Assembly (NCBI GenBank): GCA_938091905.1
Contig: CALKOM010000085.1
Span: 1-55,212, forward strand
DNA length: 55,212 nucleotides
Direction: 5' to 3'
Source of the DNA: an uncultured Verrucomicrobiales bacterium
GTDB lineage: Bacteria; Verrucomicrobiota; Verrucomicrobiia; Verrucomicrobiales; DEV007
Shown in pieces: positions 8,866 to 16,809 of this stretch. Under the pieces are notes generated by a model, which saw only the letters and a list, made by a program, of their open reading frames with translations, searched no databases and was not told where the DNA came from. Each line of letters starts with the position of its first letter. The stretch's first letter is position 1. The position numbers and the translations under genes are program-made.

Positions 8866-11082
8866 CTATAGATCGTTGTCATCTGAATTGCTGTCTTGGG
8901 GACGTTGCTTGGGGCTCTTATTCAAGCGCCAATCGAAGTAGCGGCTTTCAATCTGGTGGATCAGATTCGTGAAGATGCCTTTGACGGGTTCATTGAGGAA
9001 AAGTATTCCAGAGGGAGTGCCCAAGATTCGGCGGAAGATGCGGCTTTGTGAGGAAGCTACTTTCTTTTGAGTCGTCACTGGGGAGTTGAGCAGGAAGTGC
9101 TGATCAAAGTCTTTTGAAATAGCGGCAAGGGATGATGTTGGTCCAATCGCCCATCTACAGATCACGTGGTAATGCGGTGGCAAGTCTTGCAGTAGACGTG
9201 CAAGTTTCTCGGCCGAGTAGTCAGCGGCACTAACATAGAGGGCAGATTGTGACACGTCGCTAGCGTGTGGGATAATTGGCTGATCGTTGGGCATTAGGTT
9301 GGTAGAGAGGGCGCTGCTCGACATGGGCGGCTCCATGAGAGCGGTGCTAGCGGAGGAGCTGATAACAGAGTTTCCGCCTTCCTGAAATGATGTGCCGACC
9401 TTCCAAAGATCTGCTGAGCCGGTGCCACCTCCTTGGTGGAATGTCGAAGCTGTTGGGCCTACGTTGCCCGACGGGCTGAACGGAAGGAGGTTGGCTTTGA
9501 GAAACGACTCAGGCACTGGATCCTGCGCCACATCAATGAAGAGCACGAGGGCGTTATCTTGTTTGATGGTATGTAAGAGTGTCTTCCAGAACCTGAATTC
9601 GGACTTTAGCTCGCCGACAATTGGGAAGAGAATACGTCGACCGCCCGCTGCTTTCTTAGCCACGTGACTGAGCCAGAATTCTCTCACCGCGGCTTCATCT
9701 TCGATCTCGTCTTTCTGCAAGAGTCCCAAGGTTGGCGTTGCCCGTGTTGTGATTGCGCCTTGTAGCATGGTGCGGAGTTCAGGTCGCCTAAGTTCCCGAA
9801 GGATAGCCCAAAGGAGGACTGTGCCAAAGATGAGTCCGGTGAGCAAAAGTCCGGTTGCAACCGTCTTGTATTTGCCGGTCGAAAGTTCTGCCATGCCATA
9901 ATCGGCAGCTTCAAGAGGCTCAAGGTACCCCTTGGAATCTGGACCTGCGTAGGTCATAGCCTGTGTTAGCTGGGTATCGAAAGCGCTCTGATTTGCAAGT
10001 AGGCGGGCGCGTTCATCGTCGAGTTCACGAAACTTTGAAGCAACAAGAGGCAAGTCTTTCATCTGCGTTTCTCGCTTAACGAGCTCCTCCTTCACCATTC
10101 GAATGCCCTCCTCATATTGGAACTGTTCTTCCTTAAGGCTGAGGTAACGTTCAAAGTGAAGCTGGGCACTTTCGACAGAACTCATGCTACGGATTTGTTC
10201 AACAGTGAGTTCTGTGCCTAGCTGTTGTTCTGCTTGTCTCCTGAGAGTTGCGATCGTGGCTCTTAGCTTCTCGACATGAGGCGATTCTTCGGTTTGACCT
10301 TCTGCCAATAAGGCATTGAGACGATCGCGCTGGGTCTGCATTTGCGTTTTGAGCGGATGATTCTCAATCAAGGCTTCGATCGTCTGCATGTAGCGCAGGT
10401 GGAACGTACTCTCCTGAATCTCGTAGTTCCGCAGTTCTTTCCTCAGTGCTTGAATCTCACCGGAAAGAGAGGCATACGCGGCATCGTCGTCGATGATGGC
10501 TTCTTCCTCCGACAACTCGCTAATACGCTTGTTGATAGGGATTATTTTTTCATCAAGGCGCTTTAAATCTTCGGTTAGTGTCTGGGCGTCCTTCGAGGCA
10601 AACACACGCATGAGCCCTTTGGAGTGTTCGACTACAAGATCGGACCAGCGGTTGGCAATGACGATGGCGAGCTTTTCTGTGGGGGCTTTCGCCTTTAAGT
10701 AGAAAAGCTTTTGTTGAGTGTCATAGCGGACGTTGAGACGTTTTTCCAACTGTTCCACAGTCTCGGGTGGGTCAAATTGTTCACCAAGCTTTGTTAGGAC
10801 AGAATGCCCCATGGCAATCTCTTCTAAGGCCTGATCTTTTAGCATGGCTGGCTTGTAGCCATCTGGTCCGAAGAGGCTAAAGCCTTCGGCGTCCTTTGTT
10901 TTTCGTAGTATTGAAGATACCGAATAGGTGTTCTTATTGAAGAGTTTATAACCCAAGGCTCCTCCGCCAGCGATGCCTAACGCAGTTAGGAGAATAAGCG
11001 CTATCCAATGATCGCGAAGGGCCAAGAGAAGCCGCAGTGGATCGAAGGCAAGGGGAAAGCGGAAAGGTGATACTGGTTTCAT
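8866..11082 (-). CDS. Polysaccharide co-polymerase (Wzc/GumC-like) with degenerate cytoplasmic kinase-like domain
   Basis: Two TM segments flanking a long coiled-coil periplasmic region (ESPHVEKLR); adjacent to OPX genes; no Walker A in the C-terminal domain. Confidence 0.75.
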   Translation of the reverse strand: MKPVSPFRFPLAFDPLRLLLALRDHWIALILLTALGIAGGGALGYKLFNKNTYSVSSILRKTKDAEGFSLFGPDGYKPAMLKDQALEEIAMGHSVLTKLGEQFDPPETVEQLEKRLNVRYDTQQKLFYLKAKAPTEKLAIVIANRWSDLVVEHSKGLMRVFASKDAQTLTEDLKRLDEKIIPINKRISELSEEEAIIDDDAAYASLSGEIQALRKELRNYEIQESTFHLRYMQTIEALIENHPLKTQMQTQRDRLNALLAEGQTEESPHVEKLRATIATLRRQAEQQLGTELTVEQIRSMSSVESAQLHFERYLSLKEEQFQYEEGIRMVKEELVKRETQMKDLPLVASKFRELDDERARLLANQSAFDTQLTQAMTYAGPDSKGYLEPLEAADYGMAELSTGKYKTVATGLLLTGLIFGTVLLWAILRELRRPELRTMLQGAITTRATPTLGLLQKDEIEDEAAVREFWLSHVAKKAAGGRRILFPIVGELKSEFRFWKTLLHTIKQDNALVLFIDVAQDPVPESFLKANLLPFSPSGNVGPTASTFHQGGGTGSADLWKVGTSFQEGGNSVISSSASTALMEPPMSSSALSTNLMPNDQPIIPHASDVSQSALYVSAADYSAEKLARLLQDLPPHYHVICRWAIGPTSSLAAISKDFDQHFLLNSPVTTQKKVASSQSRIFRRILGTPSGILFLNEPVKGIFTNLIHQIESRYFDWRLNKSPKQRPQDSNSDDNDL

Positions 11083-11228
11083 ATTAGAAAGAAGGATTTC
11101 CCTTCAGGTAAGTTCGTTTATTCCAAAACATCGCTAAAATTATTTCTCCAGAAGAATAGAAATCGGTTTGAGTATGGTAGTTATTGCAGTTGTATTTCGA
11201 GATTGCAAGAGTTCTCATACGCAATTTC

Positions 11229-12515
11229 TCATGCCCGCGACCCATCGAGAAGTTCCGAGAATCCAAGCGCTCCCATGAGCCCCTCAAGCTCCGGCATGAC
11301 CGATACCATCTTAAGAGAAAGTTGCTGCTTTTCCAGCTTCAGCTTCAGTTCGTTCAGCCTCAGCAGTGTGGGATAGTCAATGAAACTGGTTTGCTTAAGA
11401 TCAATCTGAACGGGAACGCCGCTTTCAAGAGCAGGGTCCCATATATCTGACCTCCACGATCTTGGAGCCTTCACTTGGCATCCGTTTGCGGCCTTTAGCA
11501 GTTCGATTGATGGCGTATCCTCTTGTCGTTCGGCGCTATTCAATGGCGGCATTAACCCTAGTTTTTTCAGCTCTTGGCTGACCTCTTTTGAGGCCAGGAC
11601 ACTGGGGGGGGGTCTATCAGCTCGCCTTGCCTGTCTGATCTCGGTTACGCAGCCTGCTAGTGCGGCGGGAGTGAGTTTGTTCATCGAGGTTAAATCAATG
11701 ACTCCATCGATTGGTTGACGTTCGGATTGCTGCTCAACGGGAAAACTCTTCTTGTAGGCGCGCCATTGCGTGAAAGCGGCTGCTCCGAGATATAAGAAAT
11801 TGGATGCGTAACGTTTTGCGAGCCGCTTTGGGTTTGAGAGCATCCGCCAGAGCCATTCAAAACCTACTAGTTGTACCCAGCGAGGTGCTCGAGTCTGGCT
11901 ACCCGCAATGAAGTCGAGACTAGCTCCAATGCCGATCGCCAGCTTTGCTCCAGTTCGATCGAAGTATCCGGAGATCCAGCGTTCCTGCTTGGGGCTCCCG
12001 ACTGCGACCAGGACGAGATCTGCCTTGGTTGCTCGGATGTTAGCGATGATGTGTTCGTTGTCCCATTCATGAACGTGAGCAAAGGGCGGTGAGTGATGCC
12101 CCGCGATCTGCAAATCTGGGTAACGCTCAGTCGCAATCTGACTGGCTTTGCTGAGAGTCTTCTCATCACTTCCGAGGAAGTAGACACGGTGGCCTTCGCG
12201 GGCGGATGTCTCGAGTAGCTTGGGCACCAAGTCTGAACCAGCTACTCGTTCAGGAAGTGATCGTCCGAAAAGCTTTGAAAGCCAGACCAGTGGAAGTCCA
12301 TCGCAAAATACTCGATCTGCGTGAAAGACAAGGTCTTTGAGAATGGGATCGGTGGGAGCTCGGGTAGCGAAGTCGACGTTCGCCGTGATCCAATAGGCCG
12401 AACTGTTTCCTCGCATGATGGAGGTGTAGTCGCGCAATGCTTCATCCATCGTTGTGTGATGGAACGGCAGCCCGACAATCAACGAGACTGGTGGCTCTGT
12501 TTCCAAACTCCACAT
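11229..12515 (-). CDS. WecB/TagA/CpsF family glycosyltransferase (GT26) with C-terminal STAS-like domains
   Basis: ITANVDF, CDGLPLVW, ERVAGSDL, VGSPKQERW, GIGASLDF, RAP.W, GFEWLWR...PKRL..RY; C-terminus VQIDLKQTSFIDYPTL. Confidence 0.9.
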   Translation of the reverse strand: MWSLETEPPVSLIVGLPFHHTTMDEALRDYTSIMRGNSSAYWITANVDFATRAPTDPILKDLVFHADRVFCDGLPLVWLSKLFGRSLPERVAGSDLVPKLLETSAREGHRVYFLGSDEKTLSKASQIATERYPDLQIAGHHSPPFAHVHEWDNEHIIANIRATKADLVLVAVGSPKQERWISGYFDRTGAKLAIGIGASLDFIAGSQTRAPRWVQLVGFEWLWRMLSNPKRLAKRYASNFLYLGAAAFTQWRAYKKSFPVEQQSERQPIDGVIDLTSMNKLTPAALAGCVTEIRQARRADRPPPSVLASKEVSQELKKLGLMPPLNSAERQEDTPSIELLKAANGCQVKAPRSWRSDIWDPALESGVPVQIDLKQTSFIDYPTLLRLNELKLKLEKQQLSLKMVSVMPELEGLMGALGFSELLDGSRA

Positions 12516-12520
12516 GCTAC

Positions 12521-12826
12521 TTAACTTTTGATCTGAAATACGTGATGAAGCCTAAGGAACTCGATCATGGATGCGACTGCTGGCTGGGGTCTCAATATTG
12601 AAATTGAGCGGCTCTCAGGTGGTAGAGACTTGTAGAAATCTAGCAGGACGCCGACGGCGCTGCTGTCAATGAGCTTCACCTTCTCGAAATGTAATAGAAT
12701 GGAATTTGGGGACTCCAGGGATATTCCCTCAACGGCTTCGATGAACATTTGCGTGTTGGTCGCGTCGAATCGGTCAGTGTCGAACTTGAGAATGAGGCTG
12801 CTACCCAGATTTTCTGCGGAGATCAT
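12521..12826 (-). CDS. STAS-domain protein (anti-sigma factor antagonist type)
   Basis: Likely start MISAENL (ATG 12826; 12931 possible); RFDATN, ILLHFEKVKLIDSSAVGVLL, PQPAVASMIEFLRLHHVF. Confidence 0.85.
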   Translation of the reverse strand: MISAENLGSSLILKFDTDRFDATNTQMFIEAVEGISLESPNSILLHFEKVKLIDSSAVGVLLDFYKSLPPESRSISILRPQPAVASMIEFLRLHHVFQIKS

Positions 12827-13003
12827 ATTGCGTGGGAGCGACAGGGCACTGTTCCGTCTGGCGCTGGGGATTAATGAGGTCTTTCTATGACTAGAATGCG
12901 ACGAATCGCTGCGAACTGGCTTGAAAGTCATGCGATTTGAATAGACGTTAATCGAGGGAGGTAGGAGCGCTAGAATTGCCTTACTCCCCAGTCCTAGGTC
13001 CAT

Positions 13004-13087
13004 AGCCTTCTAGAATCTATAGTTTCTGCTATTATATGATATAAAAATCTTGATTTTAATAATTACATCTGATAACAATGAAATTGT
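13004..13087. promoter_or_regulatory. AT-rich divergent promoter region of the EPS locus
   Basis: Very AT-rich stretch between the two divergently transcribed arms; no specific site assigned. Confidence 0.5.
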
Positions 13088-13831
13088 ATGGCTATTCAGG
13101 GTAACGCAAAGACCGATTTAGGGAAATTAGTGGCCGAACACTGGTCTCATGCCGTCTGTCCTCAAAAGCAGGAACGTTGGAACCGCAGGCTTAGGATGAA
13201 GGTCATGCTTTGGCGTGGGTCCTTGAGGTGTTCGATGCTTTTGAAAAGAACTGTCGATGTGATTGGGAGTGCGGGTGCTCTTCTCGTTTTTTTTCCGGTT
13301 CTTGCTGTGGTGGCCGTGCTTATCAAGTTCGAAGACGGTGGCCCAATTTTCTTCCGTCAGAATCGCGTGGGTAAGGATGGTAAGATCTTTAAGATGTTTA
13401 AGATTCGGTCCATGCATATGAACGCGGAGGCCCGCAAGCTCCAGCTTTCGAGGCACAATCAGCATGTTCGTTCGGCGACGTTTAAGATGAAGAATGATCC
13501 TCGCATCACCCGACTGGGAAGATGGATCAGGCAGTATTCGGTAGATGAGATTCCGCAGTTTTGGAACGTTTTGAAGGGGGACATGACCCTTGTTGGTCCT
13601 CGTCCGGCAGTTCCTGGCGAAGTCATCGAGTATCGGGCCCGCGAGTTGCGTCGATTGGTCGTGAAGCCAGGAATCACCGGTCTTTGGCAAATTGGTGGTC
13701 GAGGGGATATTGATTTTGAAGGCCAAGTACGATTGGATCTGGAATACATACGGTCAGAGGGGTTTTGGGCAAATTTGAGGATTCTGTTGCTCACGGTGCC
13801 TGCCGTTCTTCTTGGGCGAGGTGCCTACTAG
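13088..13831 (+). CDS. Priming sugar transferase (bacterial sugar transferase / WcaJ-type phosphoglycosyl transferase)
   Basis: KRTVDVI, GPIFFRQ.RVG, F.MFKIRSM, DPRIT..GR.IR..SVDEIPQ.WNVLKGDM.LVGPRP, KPGITGLWQ. Confidence 0.95.
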   Translation: MAIQGNAKTDLGKLVAEHWSHAVCPQKQERWNRRLRMKVMLWRGSLRCSMLLKRTVDVIGSAGALLVFFPVLAVVAVLIKFEDGGPIFFRQNRVGKDGKIFKMFKIRSMHMNAEARKLQLSRHNQHVRSATFKMKNDPRITRLGRWIRQYSVDEIPQFWNVLKGDMTLVGPRPAVPGEVIEYRARELRRLVVKPGITGLWQIGGRGDIDFEGQVRLDLEYIRSEGFWANLRILLLTVPAVLLGRGAY

Positions 13832-13867
13832 TGGCCAACGGGCAGCAACCCAAGAATCATCATTGTT

Positions 13868-15058
13868 ATGGTATCACTTACGCATCACGCTCGCAAGAAG
13901 TCAGATGACACTCTTCATCTTCGTGTTCCTGACCTTTCTCAAGCGGATGCGATTCGTTTGGATGAGCCCTTCTCACTTTGGAAGGTAGGCGATTTACCTC
14001 TACTCTATCATTGGCTCGACTATGCGGTTAATGAGGGATACACAAGGCTTCTAATCTACTGTTCAGATCGGCCTGTCGTTGTGACCAAGGCGATGGAGAA
14101 AGCTACACTTTGGCCGATCGAATGGGACATTATTCAGGATAATGGCGAGGCCGAACACCCTGGCTGTAAAATCGCTAACACACTGCCTGGGTTTTCAGCA
14201 CCTGCCGATCTGAGTGATGGATGGCGCCTGATGGATCATTGGTTTGAGCTAGAGCGGAAATGGTTAGAGAAGCGGGCTTCAGAAGATAGCGAATTGAGCC
14301 TTTCCACGAATGGGGTGGGGCGCTGGTGCCAGATTCATCCCTCGGCCGTAATCCATGAGCCTGTTTGGATAGGTGACCACGTGCGAGTTGGGCCTGAAAG
14401 TGAAATTGGTCCTTATGTTAGCATTGGCGATGGTTGTGTGCTGAATGGGCAGAATCGGGTAGCGAACTCTAAGGTTGCAGATCATACTTTCATGGGGCGG
14501 CACACTGAGTTGGATCAGTGCTATCTTGAAGGTGGTCGGCTTCTTAATTGTAAGTATCGTGGAGCCGTTGATCGAGTGGAGCCCTTCATAGCAGGGGATC
14601 TCAAAGTGACCCGAAAGCGGCCATCTTGGCGAGAGCGCTTTGTGGCGTTTCGTCTCTGGTTAAAGATTGTGAGAATGCACGGTTTGCGGGTTGTCGGGCG
14701 TGCCCCTTTCCAGGAAATGCAGTCCCATCAGGGCATGAAGTTGCGTCAGTTGGACTCAGAAGATTTTCTGATTTGCCGTGCGCCCTTGTTTTTTCAGGCG
14801 GCACTCGGAAACATCTTTCTTTACGGGCTGCTCCCTCGTACTGCCGCCCAGGTTGAGTCGCTGTCTTCCCGTGACCGGCGAGCTATCGCCCAGGCTCCGG
14901 TGGGAGCGATTTCAATGGCCGATGTTCTTGGAGTCCATTCTGCAGACGATCCGCGGGAGTCAGATATGGCGATGGAGCAAATTCTGTCGCAGCCTGGGCA
15001 AATCAAAAAGGAATGTGGTCGTTATCTTGCAAAGCTCTTACAGAGGGCTCGCAAGTAA
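13868..15058 (+). CDS. Nucleotidyltransferase-like N-terminus + hexapeptide (LbH) repeats + degenerate sugar-transferase-like domain
   Basis: PFSLWKVGDLPLLYHWLD; IHPSAVIHEPVWIGDHVRVGPESEIGPYVSIGDGCVL; C-terminal PLFFQAALGNIFLYGLLPR...PVG. Confidence 0.65.
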   Translation: MVSLTHHARKKSDDTLHLRVPDLSQADAIRLDEPFSLWKVGDLPLLYHWLDYAVNEGYTRLLIYCSDRPVVVTKAMEKATLWPIEWDIIQDNGEAEHPGCKIANTLPGFSAPADLSDGWRLMDHWFELERKWLEKRASEDSELSLSTNGVGRWCQIHPSAVIHEPVWIGDHVRVGPESEIGPYVSIGDGCVLNGQNRVANSKVADHTFMGRHTELDQCYLEGGRLLNCKYRGAVDRVEPFIAGDLKVTRKRPSWRERFVAFRLWLKIVRMHGLRVVGRAPFQEMQSHQGMKLRQLDSEDFLICRAPLFFQAALGNIFLYGLLPRTAAQVESLSSRDRRAIAQAPVGAISMADVLGVHSADDPRESDMAMEQILSQPGQIKKECGRYLAKLLQRARK

Positions 15059-15068
15059 CGTGGCTAAA

Positions 15069-16802
15069 ATGATTTTAGATAACGTCAGTGCAGCGCGCTC
15101 TGCGAGTTTGTCGCGAGGCTCTAACCTGGCGGTAGAACCCTACCAGTCAGAACGCGTTAGTTTCCCTGCTCATCTCAATCACTTCCAAGATCTTTGGGCG
15201 TGCCTTGAGCTCTCACTCACGGAGATGGGGCTCGGTGAGAAGCATCGCTGGCGGTGGTACATAACTGTTTTAGAGCTGGTCAACAATGCAATCTCGCACG
15301 GTTCAAACTCTGATCCATCGCGGGAGATTGTCGTGTCCTGGGCCGTCATTGAAGGTCAACTCGAGCTCAGGGTGAAAGATGAAGGCAATGGACCTCCCGA
15401 CCGATTCACGCGCAGCCCTCGGTTGCCAGACGACTTAACAGAGCAACGTGGGCGGGGCCTTTACATCGTGCACAACTTCAGTGATTCATGGGAACATTGG
15501 CGTTCAGAGTCGGGTTATTGTTGTGTTGTTCGCAAACGGCTAGCGGCATCATTACAGGCTGAGTTGTCTAAGCATGCGGCGCCGTTCGAGTCCTTCGGGC
15601 GCTCTGTTAGTAAGCTTTCTGCATTCTATCAGTTGGCGGCAGCTATTCTACATCAGGATGCCCCCGGTACGTTCGTAGAGAAGGGCATTGAACATTTGGT
15701 GGGCTGCCTTCATGCAAGGCCAAAGCGAGTCTTTGTCATTTTGTCTGAACGCCTTCATTGCGAACTGAGTGATGCCTTTGATGGACATACTTACCTTCGC
15801 TCAATAGCCGATGCTCCGGAAGTGGTTCTGCAAGTTCTGCGCGGCGGGCGTGGTGTCGACTGGGCCGATGGATGCTGCCATCCCATTGTTGCTAATGAGA
15901 TGAATCTAGGTTGTCTGCTAGTCGAGGTAGGCAAAGAAGGAGGATTAAGTATGACAGAGTCTGGCCAGACGCGTGTCTTTGCGGATCTATTTGGTATAGC
16001 AATTGACCACTATCGCCTGCGCAAGGAGTGTCATCATGACGAGCAGTTTCGTCGTGAGACCGAATTTGCTACCAGGATTCAGCGCGAGTTACTTCATCCC
16101 CGTGAATTGCCTCCGTCTCCCTACTGGGAAATTGTCCACCGAAGTGCTGCCCACAGTATGGTCGCGGGCGACTTTCAAGAATCTTGCTATGATCGTGAGG
16201 GAAATCTCATCATGGTCATCATTGATGTGATGGGCAAGGGGGCAACAGCAGCCATCTTTGCACTTATGTTTCGGACGGCGTTGCATTCTCGTTTGCAATC
16301 CGACTTCGATTTGGAGGAGTTTTTGGAATCATTCAATAACACTTTGCATGATTGGTTGGGTGGAGACACCCGCTTCATCACTCGTTCGATTGTGAAGGTC
16401 GATGCGGCGCGCACGACGCTTGAAGTGATTAATGCGGGACATTGTCCTGCCCTCCTTCTTAGTGGTGGAGAGCTAGTTTGTCAGCAGCACGCAACTGGCC
16501 CTCCGCTGGGTATCTTCGCAGATTGCCATTATGTTTCTGAGCGACGAGAACTCTATTCTGTAGACACCATTCTAATAGTGAGCGACGATGTATTTGAGTG
16601 GTTTGAAGGGGAGAACGTTTGGGGCTGGGAAAATTTTGTAGACTTTGCTAAAGCCACTTTGCCTTTTGGCTATGATACATTCTGGAATAGTTTCCAAGAG
16701 CGGATCAATCGGTCCGTGGAAGATCGTACTAGTCTAGACGATCAAACGCTTCTTTGGTGGAACCGCTCGGCCCTCGCTCCCGAGACTTCCTCTACTATTT
16801 AG
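15069..16802 (+). CDS. Bifunctional RsbW-type serine kinase (HATPase_c) + GAF-like + SpoIIE/PP2C phosphatase
   Basis: Start re-set to MILDNV; ELVNNAISHG, VKDEGNG, EQRGRGLYIV; IQRELL, VAGDF, IIDVMGKGATAA, NAGH, GPPLGI, SDD, DDQT. Confidence 0.88.
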   Translation: MILDNVSAARSASLSRGSNLAVEPYQSERVSFPAHLNHFQDLWACLELSLTEMGLGEKHRWRWYITVLELVNNAISHGSNSDPSREIVVSWAVIEGQLELRVKDEGNGPPDRFTRSPRLPDDLTEQRGRGLYIVHNFSDSWEHWRSESGYCCVVRKRLAASLQAELSKHAAPFESFGRSVSKLSAFYQLAAAILHQDAPGTFVEKGIEHLVGCLHARPKRVFVILSERLHCELSDAFDGHTYLRSIADAPEVVLQVLRGGRGVDWADGCCHPIVANEMNLGCLLVEVGKEGGLSMTESGQTRVFADLFGIAIDHYRLRKECHHDEQFRRETEFATRIQRELLHPRELPPSPYWEIVHRSAAHSMVAGDFQESCYDREGNLIMVIIDVMGKGATAAIFALMFRTALHSRLQSDFDLEEFLESFNNTLHDWLGGDTRFITRSIVKVDAARTTLEVINAGHCPALLLSGGELVCQQHATGPPLGIFADCHYVSERRELYSVDTILIVSDDVFEWFEGENVWGWENFVDFAKATLPFGYDTFWNSFQERINRSVEDRTSLDDQTLLWWNRSALAPETSSTI

Positions 16803-16809
16803 ATCAGCC

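Noticed and set aside
13127..13726. 199-aa minus-strand ORF
   Set aside because: Antisense shadow of the sugar transferase; no motifs
14778..15068. Long N-terminal extensions in the ORF track (also 7856-7990, 12827-13003, 32957-33073, 34494-34640, 34581-34811)
   Set aside because: They overlap neighbouring genes or lack protein-like character; downstream ATGs give signal peptides or domain starts
15128..15139. ops/JUMPStart-like GGCGGTAG in the EPS locus
   Set aside because: Partial match inside a coding region rather than in a leader; likely chance
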